DNA of 64,000 bases, taken from contig CAWGYV010000015.1 in NCBI GenBank assembly GCA_963826825.1, forward strand, positions 11,339-75,338. The letters are read 5' to 3'. Within the stretch, counting starts at the first letter, position 1, and each line of letters starts with the position of its first letter. Shown here piece after piece: positions 48,136 through 59,485 of this stretch. This DNA is from an uncultured Acidimicrobiia bacterium (GTDB lineage: Bacteria > Actinomycetota > Acidimicrobiia > Spongiisociales > DATADW01). The translations under genes were made by a program, and so were the position numbers. Under the pieces are notes generated by a model, which did not search any database, was not told the DNA's origin, and saw nothing but the letters and a program-made list of their open reading frames with translations.

Positions 48136-49074
48136 CTAGGTGATCTCGGGCCAGATCTTGCGGCCCCCGCCTGGGGGGACCACGGCATCGATGGCTGCCA
48201 TCGACTCGGCCGACAAGGGAGAACGACGGCCGGCGGCGGTGTTGGCCTCGGCTTGGGAGCGGTTGCGGGCGCCGGGGATGGCGGTTGTGACCGCGGGGTG
48301 TTCCAACACGAAGCGGAGCGCCAGTTGCGCCATCGTCTCGTCTTCGGCAAGGGCGGGGCGTAGCCGGTCGACAGTTTCCACGTCGGAGAGGAACTGGGCG
48401 TTCTGCTGTGGGTCGTCCATCCAGGCGCGCCTGAAATCGCCCTCGGGAAACCCGGCATCATGGGTGAACTTGCCGGTGAGTAGCCCCATCGCCAGCGGGC
48501 CGCGCACGATGACACCGATCCCGGCCTCCAGGCAATAGGGGAAGACCTGGTTTTCGGGGATGCGATTGAGGATCGAGTAGTCGACTTGGAGGGTGTCGCA
48601 ATCGCCGTCGGCGTTGCAGCGGCGCAGGAAGTCGACGTCGCCGGTGCTCACGCCCCAGGCGCGTACCTTCCCCTGATTCTTCAATGAACGGAAGCCCTCG
48701 ATGAAGACCTCGGTGTTGGGCTCGGGGTAGCTGATGTGGCACTGGATCACGTCCACGTAGTGGGTGCCGAGCCGGGACAGCGACGCCTCCACCCCGGCGG
48801 TCAGCTCGGCCACGGTGTCATACCGCGAACGCCGCGACTCGCCGTCGAATCCATCCCAACCGATCTTTGTTGCCACGACGAAGCGATCGCGCCGGCCGGC
48901 CATGGCGCGGCCCAACAACTCCTCCGATCGGCCGTGCCCGTAGATGTCTGCGGTGTCGAAGAAGTTGACCCCGCCGTCCAGCGCCGCCTCGATGGCCTCC
49001 AGGACGTCGGCGTCGCTGCCGGGTCCCCACTGGAAGCCCGGCACCGACCAGAGTCCCAGGCCGATTTCGGTCAC
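48136..49074 (-). CDS. aldo/keto reductase
   Basis: 312 aa with the AKR N-terminus (GGVNFFDTADIYGHGRSEELLG). Confidence 0.88.
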   Translation of the reverse strand: MTEIGLGLWSVPGFQWGPGSDADVLEAIEAALDGGVNFFDTADIYGHGRSEELLGRAMAGRRDRFVVATKIGWDGFDGESRRSRYDTVAELTAGVEASLSRLGTHYVDVIQCHISYPEPNTEVFIEGFRSLKNQGKVRAWGVSTGDVDFLRRCNADGDCDTLQVDYSILNRIPENQVFPYCLEAGIGVIVRGPLAMGLLTGKFTHDAGFPEGDFRRAWMDDPQQNAQFLSDVETVDRLRPALAEDETMAQLALRFVLEHPAVTTAIPGARNRSQAEANTAAGRRSPLSAESMAAIDAVVPPGGGRKIWPEIT

Positions 49075-49142
49075 CTCGATCCCGCTGCGCGCCCCAAGCG
49101 CCGCTCGACGTAGACCTTCCTGCGGCTCCTCGGCGGGGATCC

Positions 49143-49937
49143 TCAGTTCTCCCTTTTCCGGTACTCGGCGGCGACGAGGTCAGTGAGTTCGTGCACCGAG
49201 GTCTGATCGACCGGCTTGTCGTAGGTGATCCGGCCGTGCTGCAGCAGGTTGACCCGGTCGCATACGTCGACGATCTGGGCGTAGTTGTGGGCGATCAAGA
49301 TCACCGACAGGTCCGATCGCTTTCGCAGCTCACGGACGAGGTCGAGGATGACCACCGCCTCACGAGCCCCCATCGCTGCCAGCGGCTCGTCGAGGAGCAG
49401 GATCCGTGCGTCGGAGTAGACGGCGCGCGCCACAGCCACAGCCTGCCTCTGACCGCCGGACAGGAAACCGATATCCGCCGTAACGGAGGGGACTCGGATC
49501 CCCATGCTGTCGAGGTGCTGGATTGAGAGGCGCTTCATCTCCCGCTTGTCCAGCAGCGGTAGCGGACTGCGGACCAACTCCTTGTTGAGGAACATGTTGA
49601 GATAGACGGGTAGCTGGTTCACCAGAGCCAGGTCCTGGTAGACGGTTTCGATCCCGAGTTCGCGGGCGTGGGAGACCGAGCGGAGGGTCACCTCCTCGCC
49701 GTGGATGAAGATGCGGCCGGAGTCGGGTTGATGGAAGCCGGTGAGGATCTTGATCAACGTCGACTTCCCCGCCCCGTTGTCGCCAATGAGCCCGAGCACT
49801 TCGCCTCGCCTCAACCGGATGCTCACGTCGCGCAGCGCGTTCACCGCCTCAAAGCGCTTGGAGATGGCCTCGGCGCGGATTGCGTATTCGTCTCCGCGCC
49901 CCGCCTCACCGCCGTCGACCTCGCCAGCCGCGTTCAT
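49143..49937 (-). CDS. sugar ABC transporter ATP-binding protein, single NBD (FrcA-like)
   Basis: Walker A GDNGAGKST, signature LSGGQRQ and Walker B ILLLDEP. ATG at 49937 overlaps the permease TGA (ATGA). Confidence 0.88.
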   Translation of the reverse strand: MNAAGEVDGGEAGRGDEYAIRAEAISKRFEAVNALRDVSIRLRRGEVLGLIGDNGAGKSTLIKILTGFHQPDSGRIFIHGEEVTLRSVSHARELGIETVYQDLALVNQLPVYLNMFLNKELVRSPLPLLDKREMKRLSIQHLDSMGIRVPSVTADIGFLSGGQRQAVAVARAVYSDARILLLDEPLAAMGAREAVVILDLVRELRKRSDLSVILIAHNYAQIVDVCDRVNLLQHGRITYDKPVDQTSVHELTDLVAAEYRKREN

Positions 49938-50962
49938 GACTGCATCGCTCCGCGGCGGAGACGCGCCAGGCGGACGTTGAGGATCATCGAGATCAGTATC
50001 GCCGCCCCCAGGATCATGTTGAAGGTGAAGGCGCTGATCCCCATGATGGTGAAACCGTCGCGCAGTACACCGAGGAACAGCGCTCCGAGGAAGGCGCCGA
50101 TGATGGTTCCCGACCCGCCGGCCAAGGCGGTTCCGCCTATGACCGACGCCGCCACTGCAAAGAACATCAGGCTCTCCCCGCCGGCCAGCGGGTCGATCGA
50201 GGTCACCCGGGTTGACTCGAGGATCCCGGCGAAACCGGCAAGCACCGCGGTGATGATGAAGTTCCCCTTCTTTACCCGCCTGGTGGGCACGCCGGCCTCT
50301 CTCGCCCCGACGGGGTTGCCACCGGTTGCGAAGGTGTAGATACCCCAACGTGTGTTGGTCAGCACGACGTGCATCGCCACCGTGATGATCACCGCCCAGG
50401 CGAATCCGACGAAGGGGGCGCCCCCGAACAGGGTCACCAGGGCGCCGGTGCGGGCCGGCACCTTGGGGAACCCGCCTGACAGGATCAAGGTCAACCCGTT
50501 GAGCAGGAACAGCGTTCCCAGCGTGGTTATGAACGAGGGAAGCCCGAAGTTGACCGTTATCACCCCGTTGAACACCCCCACCGCCGCTGATGCGAGCAGG
50601 GCCAAGACCACCCCCACGATCATGGGTAGGCCCGCTTCCATCGAGAAGAACGTGATGAACGGCGCGAAGGCAAAGACGTGACCGGCGGAGAGGTCGATCT
50701 CCCCGCAGATGAGCAGCATCACCTCCCCCACGGCGATGATGGCGACGGTATAGGTGAACTGCGCGATCACCCGGCCGTTGGCAGGAGTAAGGAAGGCCGG
50801 GTGAGCCGCGCCGAAATAGAGGATCAGAAGCAGGGTTACCAGTGCGATCGAAGCCTCGCGCTGGCGCAGCAGGGTCTCACCGACGCGGCCGAGGCGGGAA
50901 CGCCTTCCGACGGTCACGTCGGTGCCCGGTGTTCCCGCTTCGGCCAAGTCAGCCTCCGTCAA
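49934..50962 (-). CDS. sugar ABC transporter permease (RbsC/FrcC type)
   Basis: About 342-aa polytopic permease of the BPD_transp_2 type. TTG at 50962 overlaps the SBP TGA (TTGA). In-frame TTG and GTG codons a few codons downstream are alternatives. Confidence 0.8.
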   Translation of the reverse strand: MTEADLAEAGTPGTDVTVGRRSRLGRVGETLLRQREASIALVTLLLILYFGAAHPAFLTPANGRVIAQFTYTVAIIAVGEVMLLICGEIDLSAGHVFAFAPFITFFSMEAGLPMIVGVVLALLASAAVGVFNGVITVNFGLPSFITTLGTLFLLNGLTLILSGGFPKVPARTGALVTLFGGAPFVGFAWAVIITVAMHVVLTNTRWGIYTFATGGNPVGAREAGVPTRRVKKGNFIITAVLAGFAGILESTRVTSIDPLAGGESLMFFAVAASVIGGTALAGGSGTIIGAFLGALFLGVLRDGFTIMGISAFTFNMILGAAILISMILNVRLARLRRGAMQS

Positions 50963-52047
50963 GCGACGGGCTCGATGACCTTCTGCTCCTCGGAGTCGCC
51001 TTCGAACCGGCTGTCGGTCTCCAGGAATAGCGCTGCATCCTCTGGGCCGAGGAACACCAGACCGGTGTTGGTCTCCGGCGGCGCCACGACACCTCCGGAC
51101 AGCTTCCACAGGTAAAGGTAGACAACCGGGAGGAATCCCTGAAGGTACGGCTGCTGGTCGATGGTGAAGTCGAGGACGCCCTGCGAGACGGACTCGACAG
51201 TACCGGGCAGAAGGTCGTAGCCGCCGGCCCCGACCAGCGCCTGGTCGCGAGCGCCGTTGCTCTGCACCACCTGGCCGACTCCCTGGGTTGACCCGGCATC
51301 GACGGCGTACATCCCGGTGGCGTCGGTGTTCCCGAGGTACCAAGCCTCGACACGATTCACCTGCTCGTCGAACTCAGGCCCGGTGGCGATATCGATGGCC
51401 TCGATGTCTGCGCCGGATTCGGCGATCGCATCGAGGGCGCCGTCGATTCGGGGCTGGATGTTGAGCTGCCCCGGGGTGGCGATGAATAGGGCCACCTTGC
51501 CCGAACCCACCTGTTCGACGATCCGTTCGCCCATGGCGAACCCCGATCCGTACAGGTCCTGGCCAACATACGCCAGCCGGTTGTTGGGGGCGTCGGCGTT
51601 GTAGGAGACAACCGGTATCCCTGCAGCCAGCGCCTGATCGATCGGCTCGTTGAACGCCTCTAGGTCGACCAGCGCCACCGCAATCCCGTCGGCGGGTGCG
51701 GCGATAGCCGTCTCGAAGGCATTGACCATCTCACCGATCTCCGACTCCTCCGAACCGGTCCACTGGAAGGTGGTGCCGAGGAGGCCCGAGGCATCCTCGA
51801 TGCCGTACTGGGTGGGAGTGAAGAAGGGGTTGGTGGTGACGTGATTGACGAAGACGAAATTCCACTCCGGCGTCTCGGGGAAGAGCCCTGCGCCCTGGGC
51901 GGCGACGGCTGTGCTCCCCGACGCAGTCCCGTTTCCGGAGCCGGCGCCGGTGCATGCGGCGAGCAACCCCGCGGCCGTGGACATGCCCACGCCCTTAAGG
52001 AAATCTCGCCTCGAAGCCCCGCGTGGGACCAACAGCTGATCAGACAT
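50959..52047 (-). CDS. periplasmic sugar-binding protein (RbsB/FrcB type) with Tat-lipoprotein signal
   Basis: MSDQLLVPRGASRRDFLKGVGMSTAAGLLAAC, followed by a PBP type I body. Confidence 0.85.
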   Translation of the reverse strand: MSDQLLVPRGASRRDFLKGVGMSTAAGLLAACTGAGSGNGTASGSTAVAAQGAGLFPETPEWNFVFVNHVTTNPFFTPTQYGIEDASGLLGTTFQWTGSEESEIGEMVNAFETAIAAPADGIAVALVDLEAFNEPIDQALAAGIPVVSYNADAPNNRLAYVGQDLYGSGFAMGERIVEQVGSGKVALFIATPGQLNIQPRIDGALDAIAESGADIEAIDIATGPEFDEQVNRVEAWYLGNTDATGMYAVDAGSTQGVGQVVQSNGARDQALVGAGGYDLLPGTVESVSQGVLDFTIDQQPYLQGFLPVVYLYLWKLSGGVVAPPETNTGLVFLGPEDAALFLETDSRFEGDSEEQKVIEPVA

Positions 52048-52357
52048 GGTCTCCTCCCCTGCTGGCTGACCTGCCTTCCCTCGATCCCACGGGATCGAAG
52101 TACTGCAATCGTAATCAGGAATTCGACTGCGGAGCAACTGCTGACCGTCATTTACTTCCGGCCCTCGAACCGAGCGCGCCTAAACCCTTGGCTACGAACG
52201 TGAGCGTGGGCCCGCTAGCCCGCTGAACGACATTGGAAAAGGTCGAACGACCCATCTCGGGGCGATTCAGCGGGGGTCGATGATTCTCGTCCGCGGGCTC
52301 TGAGCGCGCCTGGGCGCTCCCGCGATCCGCAAGTGTCCGAACTGAGGGAAGGAATCG

Positions 52358-53617
52358 ATGATGTCGAGATGGCGAAGGCTGGTGGGCGCGGTGTCGCTGG
52401 GAGTCCTGCTCCTGCCGACGGCCGCTTCCGCTGAGGAAGCGCCCGGCGATCTTTGGGGCGACGAGAGCGACGTGGTCATCGACTTGGTCGAAGGTCAGGA
52501 CGCACCCGCCGGTGGATTCACCGAGGCGGCGCAGTACGGGTGGGAGCCGCTCGGCATCGTCGCCGGAGGATCACAGATTCGGCGTCACTCGCTCGGTCGC
52601 GACGTATGGGAGGTGTGGGTGTGCAACACCGGTCCCACCTCCTACTCCTACAGCCCGAAGACCCTCAAGAAGAAGCTCAACACCCGCGTCGGGCCCTATT
52701 ACGACTGGCAGTCGGAGGGTAAGTACGACATCGCCTTCGTGGAGGGCGGCATCGTCAACGGCACAAAGGATGGGGATCCATATGGCGACATGAGCATCTG
52801 CCTCAACAAGGTCGCCAACCGCAGCGAAGGGAACAGGAACGGTGTCGTCTTGGTCCTCGACGACGTGCTGTCGTTTGCCGAGGGCTTCGCCGGGCTGGCC
52901 GGACCCGGAAGCGTCTGCCTCGCTGCGAGCGCTTGCAACGAAGTGCCTGACACCTTCCCGGGCAACGGTCGGTTCGCCCTTCTCGGCGCCGAGACGTTCA
53001 CCTCGGCTACCCCATTTGGCGAGGCTCTTACTTCGGTCGCTGCCCATGAGATGGGTCATGCCATCCACTTCCCCCACTCTTCCTCGGGTGGCGGGAACGA
53101 CTACGACAACCCGATCGATCTCATGAGCGGCAACAGCGAGACCTTCGATGGACAGCCGGGTTCCACCGAGGCGGACCCCTACGGGACGCTTGGCTTCAAC
53201 CGCTACGCAGCAGGGTGGATCCCCTCGGGCGACGTGGTGGTATTCGAAAGCGGAGCGAAGACGGTCAAGCTGGTGAAGCCGAACCACGCCGGCAAGCAAC
53301 TGGTGGTCATCCCCTTGTCCAAGGGGCGCTACATCACGATCGACGCCCGGCTCAACGACACCCACGACCCGATCCCAAGCTCGGTCTCTGGGGCCGCAGT
53401 GCACATCGTCGACCAGCGTCCCAACTGCCCCGAGGCCGACTACTACGGACTCACCGCTTGCTTCGGGATCCTGCGAACCCACCTCCAGAAGCCAGCGAAC
53501 CCATACGGGGCGCATCACGTGCTCAAGAAGGGTCAGGAGCGCAACGTCGGCGGATACGTCGTCAAGGTGCTGGGCAAGGGCGCCAACTGGGTGAAGGTGA
53601 AGGTCACAGAGGTCTAG
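52358..53617 (+). CDS. secreted zinc metalloprotease, metzincin-like with variant motif HEMGHAIHFPH
   Basis: Signal peptide MMSRWRRLVGAVSLGVLLLPTAASA. Single HExxHxxHxxH motif at AAHEMGHAIHFPHS. I do not recognise a family. Confidence 0.65.
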   Translation: MMSRWRRLVGAVSLGVLLLPTAASAEEAPGDLWGDESDVVIDLVEGQDAPAGGFTEAAQYGWEPLGIVAGGSQIRRHSLGRDVWEVWVCNTGPTSYSYSPKTLKKKLNTRVGPYYDWQSEGKYDIAFVEGGIVNGTKDGDPYGDMSICLNKVANRSEGNRNGVVLVLDDVLSFAEGFAGLAGPGSVCLAASACNEVPDTFPGNGRFALLGAETFTSATPFGEALTSVAAHEMGHAIHFPHSSSGGGNDYDNPIDLMSGNSETFDGQPGSTEADPYGTLGFNRYAAGWIPSGDVVVFESGAKTVKLVKPNHAGKQLVVIPLSKGRYITIDARLNDTHDPIPSSVSGAAVHIVDQRPNCPEADYYGLTACFGILRTHLQKPANPYGAHHVLKKGQERNVGGYVVKVLGKGANWVKVKVTEV

Positions 53618-53632
53618 AAGAGGCGCAAGGCC

Positions 53633-55122
53633 TCACCGTCCGCCGATCTCGGGAGCGTCCCAGCCACCGTGCAGGGCGCTCTCGAGTGCGGACTGGGTCC
53701 CCATGTTTCGGATCGAAGTGAGAGCTTCGGAGAAGGCTGCGACGAGGTGTCGATTCGCCGCCAGGTCGTCGTCGAACACCGCCCTGAAGTCGAGAAACCG
53801 GGTCGGGTCCGAGAGCGAGGCCCGAGCGTGTTGGCGTGCCGCTTCGAGATGGGGATCCTCTGCAGGCTCGATCGTCGATCCATCATCAGCAACGCCAACT
53901 AGGTACTGGCACCAGCCGGCGAGAGCGAGAGCACTCAGACCGATCGGGCCGCCACGCCGAAGCTGTTCGCGAAGCGTTGGGAGCACGAACTTGGGAAGCT
54001 TGGCGGAGCCGTCGCGGCACAGCCGCGGAGATCTGGTCGGCGATCGCCGGATTCGAGAAGCGCCCGACGATCGTCGTCTTGTAGTCCTCGACATCGACGC
54101 CCGGGCACCGGCGGAAGCGGCGGGCCTGCCTCATGGTCGAGGAACGCCCGGACAAAGCGACGGAGGAGCGGGTCCGCCATGGCGGTGTGCACCTGGTCGA
54201 ACCCGCGGAGCGCGGCCAGATAGGCGAGCACTGAATGGCTGCCATTGAGGAGTCGAAGCTTCATCTGCTCGTAGGGCTCGACGTCCGTGGTCACGACGAC
54301 GTCCAAGTCCTCCAGCGGCGGTCGTTCTGCCGCGAACGTGTCCTCGATCACCCATTGCCGAAAGGGCTCGGCCACCACTGGCCAAGCATCAATGACGCCG
54401 GTCTCGGTGAGCAGCCATTCGCGGTCGGCGTCGGTCGTGGCCGGAGTGATCCGATCGACCATGCTGTTGGGGAAGCCGACCTCCCGCTCGACCCACGCCG
54501 CCAGAGCCGGATCTACTGTTCTCGGCCTCACCCAGGGTGGCAGTACGGGCCACGTCGCCGTTGGAGACGATGTTGTCGCAACTGATGACGCTCAGCGGAC
54601 CCGCGTCTGCGCACCCGCCGGAGGGCAAGACCGGCGACCAGGATGCCGAAGGCGGAAGCCTCTCCCCGCCATGGGTGACCCGGGGTCGTACCGATCCTCC
54701 TCGATCGGATAGCCGCCCTCGGTGACGGTGAGCGACACGATCTGGGTGTCCGGATCCGAAATCTGCTCCACCAGTCGGTTGGGGCTGGGGTGAGCGTGGA
54801 TGTAGTCGACGATGCTGCCGACGATGCGCACCTGAGTCAGATCGGGGCCACGCAGAATGAGGCTGTACAAGCATTGCTGGCCTCCGAGCGCCGACGCCAT
54901 GGCGGCATCGCCGGGAAGCACTCCGCTGCCGACGATCGACCAGTCCCGGTGGCCGGCCCGGCACAGGTCATCGACATACGAGCCGAGATGGGAGCGGTGG
55001 AAACCACCCACACCGATGTGGACGATGCTTCGTCGCAACCGGGAACGGTCGTAGGTCGGGACGGCTACCCGATCGGAGATCTCCGGCAGAACTTCTGGCC
55101 GGAGCAGAACACCGGGTTGCAC
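53633..55122 (-). pseudogene. mannitol dehydrogenase-family (long-chain polyol / mannonate-type) oxidoreductase, at least 5 frameshifts
   Basis: IVHIGVGGFHRSH, SLTVTEGGY, SAFGILVAGLALRR, PLSVISCDNIVSNG, FPNSMVDRITP, LLNGSHSVLAY, and the C-terminus ending at 53633 lie on different minus-strand frames (ORFs 54592..55971, 54389..54964, 53935..54531, 53886..54245 and 53633..54094). Confidence 0.8.
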
Positions 55123-55130
55123 GATGGGAC

Positions 55131-56162
55131 TCAGGCAGACGGGTAGGTGAGCCGGGCCCAGCCGATCCGGCTGTCGGCCATGCCGTAGAAGACGTCCGCC
55201 CGACCCTCGCCCCGGTCGTCGATCCCGGTGGGGAACACGACATTGGGCACGATCCCCTCCTGTTCCTCGGTGGTCTCCGCCTCGAGCAGAGGTTCGGTCG
55301 AGCGGTAGAGGAGCCTGGTGACGTCCTCGCTGTCGTGCACCATCACGCCTGCGGCGTAATGAAGCCGTTGCTGCAGGTCCTTGCCCGGTTCGTAGATGCC
55401 GGCGACACCGTGGTACAGCGTGAGCCAGCCGCCGGGGGTGCGGATCGGAGGGGTGCCGCCACCGATCTTGATCAACTCCCATGGCTGCTCGCTGGTGGCC
55501 ACCTGCCGGTGTTGGCCCACCCTGGACCAGGTTGGCGATGTCCTCGCCGACGCGTTCGGCATCGGCGAAGGACACCCAGATGCCGGGCCGGGGGTCAGCG
55601 ACCCCGGTGGGCGGGGCCGAGTAGCCGAGCAGGCTGTGCTCGGACAGAGTCCCAGTCCGGTCGGTGGAGGATGGCGTAGGCAGAGGATCCGTCGGGCGCA
55701 GTGACCGGTTCGGGGAACCACAGGGCGTCCTTGTTTGGGTAGAGATCGAGATCGGTGCGCCAGAGCCGGCTCGTAGTCGAAGCGAAGCGGGCCGAGACGC
55801 TCCCACTGCTCTAGATCGGCGGAAAGCGCCAGAGCCGATCCGCGGTCCGAGCGGGCCGTATGCGGTGTAGTTCATGACGTATCGGTCGAGGGTCGGCATC
55901 CAGGTGATCCGGGGGTCCTCGACGCCGGCGGTCCGCGAGTTGATCTCCCAAAGCTCGGTGGGCTCGAGCACGATGCTCGGCGGGATCTGTCCCCACCGGG
56001 TCGCCCGAGGCGTCGAAGCGGACTCTGGCTCGCCCGATCCGGGAGAAGTTCTGCTCGGCGACCAGACGGGGAAAGATCCAGAGGTCGCCCTGGCGATCTC
56101 GGGCGGCAGCCGGGTTCAGTACCCCCCATTGCTGGAGCGGGGTCGTCGGCGACCGGGTGCAT
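55131..56162 (-). pseudogene. GH130-family glycoside phosphorylase/hydrolase-like gene, at least 4 frameshifts
   Basis: MHPVADDP / PLQQWGVLNPAAARDRQGDLWIFPRLVAEQNFSRIG / LEPTELWEINSRTAGVEDPRITWMPTLDRYVMNYTAYG / WELIKIGGGTPPIRTPGGWLTLYHGV...YAAGVMV...VVFPTG...FYGMADSRIG are found on alternating frames. Confidence 0.7.
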
Positions 56163-56230
56163 CAACACGCCCCGCCGCTCCAGCCGGTAACCCGGGTCGC
56201 GGGCGCCGTGCCCGGCGGCGGCCGACGTGC

Positions 56231-57171
56231 TCAACCCTTGACGCCCGCTCCCAGGTCCGACGCCTGGAAGTACCGCTGGAAAACGAGGAAGAGGACCACA
56301 ACCGGGATGGCCAGCACGGTCGCTCCCGCCAGGATGGCTCCGATCGGGTTGGCGGTGCTGCCGGCGACCGTAGAGATGAAGTTGGCCAGCGCCACCGCCA
56401 GAGGCTGCAGGTTCGCCTGCTTGGTGATGAGGAACGGCCATAGGAACTCGTTCCACGGCCCGATGAAGGTGACGAGGACAGCGGTGAGGATCGCAGGTCG
56501 GGCGATGGGGACTGCCACTCGGAGCAGGATGCGCAGCTCGCCGGCGCCATCGACCCGGGCGGCGTCGAACAGGCTCTGGGGGACCGCCAGGAAGAACTGG
56601 CGGAAGATGAACACCGCAGTGGCGTTCACCGCGAAGGGGAGGATCATCCCGAGGAAGGTGTCGGCGAGTCCAAAGGCACGGACGATCATCACGAACAAGG
56701 GGATCATGAGGAGCTGGAACGGGAGTATCAGGCTGAGAAGGACGATCCCGAAGACCGCCCCTCGACCACGGAAGTTCAGGACGGCGAGGGCATAGCCGGC
56801 GAGCATCCCGAGAACGAGGGTGGAAACGATGACCCCCAGCGTGAATATCAGCGAGTTCCTCAGTGTCACCAACAGATCGAGGCGTTCGTTTATGGCGATG
56901 AAGTTGTCGACGGTGAGAGTGCTCGGATCGGGAAAGGCACCGGCCACGGTGGGGTCGGGCTGTGCCTGAAACGCACCGACGACCATGTACCAGAAGGGAA
57001 AAAGGAAGACGAGCGCTCCGATGAGGAGCAATACCAGGCTGAGGACGCGGCCGGCGGTGAGGCGTTTGCCGCGGGCGGCAGAGTCTGCGGTGGTCGTCTC
57101 TTGGCCGCCGTCACCGCCCTCGGCGATATCGGTCGGGGACTGGCACGATCGTCGGTCGGGGTAGTCATCAT
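56231..57171 (-). pseudogene. carbohydrate ABC permease (MalG type), body intact but N-terminus frameshifted
   Basis: ATG at 57171 overlaps the upstream TGA (ATGA) and opens MMTTPTDD. The permease body (…KRLTAGRVLSLVLLLIGALVFLFPFWYMV…) is in a different frame with no canonical start before TTG 57031, and that TTG would truncate TM1. Confidence 0.7.
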
Positions 57172-58102
57172 TCCCGCCCCTGCACCCTGTAGATGATGGC
57201 CGACACGGTCATGACCAATGCGGCGAGCATCACACCGATAGCAGCACCGATTCCGGCGTTCCCCTGTTCGATCCCCTTTTGGTACATCAGGAGCACCGGC
57301 GACATGGACGCCCCGTTCGGCCCCCCGCCACCGGTGAGCAGGTAGGGCTCGGTGAAGAAGTTGGCCCCCACGATGAACGCCAGCTATCACCACCAAGGTC
57401 GTGGTTTGCCGCACACCAGGAACGGTCACCGAGCGGAACTTATGGATCGTCCCGGCGCCGTCGATGTCGGCGGCCTCGTACAGCTCGTGGGGGATGTTCT
57501 GCATCGCGGCCAGGTAGAGGAGGACGTAGAAGCCGAGCTGTTTCCAGGTGGCGAAAAGGGCGATGATGGGCATCGCCCAGAACCGGTTGACCAGCCAGGA
57601 TGGATCCGGAGCCAGCGGTCCCAGGACCTGGTTGACGATCCCGGTCGATCGAGAACATGTACATCCACACCGCGATCAGCGCCACGCTCGCCGCCACGTA
57701 TGGCACGAAGTAGGACGCCCTGAAGAAGGCGCGTAGCGGCAGGGCCTGGTTCAGCGCCGCGGCGAGAACCAGGCCCAGGATCACCGTCAGTGGGACGTTG
57801 ATCACCACGAAGATGACCACGTTGAGCGCGGCTCGCTGCGCCACGGGGTCGGCGAGCACGGTGGCGAAGTTCTCGAAACCCACGAAGGGCCGCTCGACCA
57901 CGGCCCCCGGTGCGGCGAAGAAGTAGTCGTGGAACGAGATGTAGACCGCGAACACGAGCGGGAAGGCGAACAGGGCCAACCAGAAGAGGAAGTAGGGAGC
58001 GGCGAAGGCATACCCGATGGGATGCTCGCCAAAGATTCTCTTCTTCAGCGGCTGCCGGTTGGCGGTCGCCGCCAACGCCGCGGTCGTGGTCTGTTGGCTC
58101 AC
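57168..58102 (-). pseudogene. carbohydrate ABC permease (MalF type), 2 frameshifts
   Basis: Three collinear fragments: ORF 57440..58102 (N-terminus to VWMYMFS), the frame of ORF 56890..57573 (MPIIALFATWKQLGFYVLLYLAAMQNIPHELYEAADIDGAG) and ORF 57168..57371 (the C-terminus). Confidence 0.8.
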
Positions 58103-59434
58103 TCGCTCGCGAGTTGGGTGATGCTGTCTGCCGCCTCCTGAAAGGCGGTGTCGATCTCTTCGTCACCGAAGATCACCGATGCACGACCAGGCGTCGCGGA
58201 ACGTCTGCCACACCTCGACCGAGTTCGGAATCGAGGGAACCTCGATGACCCGCTCCACCTGTTCGGCGAAGGGTAGGAATCCGGGGTTCTCCTCGAAGAA
58301 GTCGGCATAGAGGTCGGTGATGCCGGGCCGGAAAGGCATCTGCCCGGTGATCTCGAGCAGTTGCCTGTCGGCCTCCTCGCTCATGGTGAACTTGAGGAAC
58401 TCCCAGGCGGTGCCCCGGTTCTCACAACTGGTGTAGAGCCCGACCGACTTCCCATCGGCGAAGGTGGACAGGTCTTCGGCGGCAGTCCCCCCCGACGTCG
58501 GCGGCGGGACCACCGCCCAATCCACGTCGGTGTACACCGCCACCGCCCACGGCCCGGCGGAGTTCATCGCAGCGATACCGTCGGCGAAGGCGTCGCCCTG
58601 GTATCTCCTCCCGGGGGACGAGTCCATCTTCGTACAACTGGCGCCACACCTCGGCGATCGCCTTGCCCTCATCGGTGTTGAACTGTGCTTCACCGTCAGC
58701 CACCAGCAACTGTCCGGTCTCGGCGGCGAACCATGGGTAGAAGTCGAACCACGACTGGAAGAACTGCGATGTCGGAGCCGGGTAGATCGCGGCCTCAGCG
58801 ACACCGGAATCGACGAGGGTCTGGGCGGTTGCGGCGAACTCCTCGTAGGTACCGAGCGGTGGGTTCTCCGTGTCGAGCCCTGCTTCTTCGAACATCGCCG
58901 TGTTGAAGAGGATCATCACCGGGTTGGTCTTCCACGGCATCTGGTAGTAATTGCCATCTGGCGACTGATACTGGGCGGCTGCCTCACCACTCCGCTCCTC
59001 GATGAACGACGCACCGTCTTCGAATTCGTTCAGCGCCACCAGGCCCTGCTGCTGCAGGAAGGCGGGCACCGCCGCAGGGGCGGTGTTGTAGATAAGGCAC
59101 GGCGTGTTGCCGGCGGTGATCGAGGCGGCGATGACTGCCTCAGAGGTCTCACCCGCCGGGATCTCTTGACCGGTGACCTCTTCTTCGGGGTGCTCGGCGT
59201 TCCAGGCCTCGATCTGGGCCGTGGCCCACTCGATCTCCTGGGCGTTGTTCGAGTACCAGATGGTGATGGGGCCGGTCGCCTGGCTGCTCTCTCCTCCGGC
59301 ACCGCCTGCCGCGGTCGTGTCGGTGTCCTCCGGCACCGCCTGCCGCCGTGGTGCCGGTGCCTCCGCCGTCTCCGCAGGCCGACTAGGACCATTAGGACGG
59401 TGACGATCAACGCGATGGTGCGGGCTCGGGTCAT
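58099..59434 (-). pseudogene. extracellular sugar-binding lipoprotein (SBP family 1), at least 4 frameshifts
   Basis: Signal peptide MTRARTIALIVTVLMVLVG, lipobox ACG and linker, then the bodies of ORFs 58422..59336, 58163..58804 and 58099..58308 are collinear but in different frames. Its TGA overlaps the GTG of the next gene (GTGA). Confidence 0.8.
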
Positions 59435-59454
59435 GGCCTTCCTCCCCTTCTGTT

Positions 59455-59485
59455 GCCTCTTTTTCAATGCCTCTTTGTCAATGCC
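59455..59485. promoter_or_regulatory. tandem 14-bp direct repeat GCCTCTTT(T/G)TCAAT x2 (+GCC) in a divergent promoter region
   Basis: 59455-59468 and 59469-59482 are 13 of 14 identical, read directly. AT-rich spacer between the start codons at 59434 (-) and 59575 (+). Confidence 0.5.
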
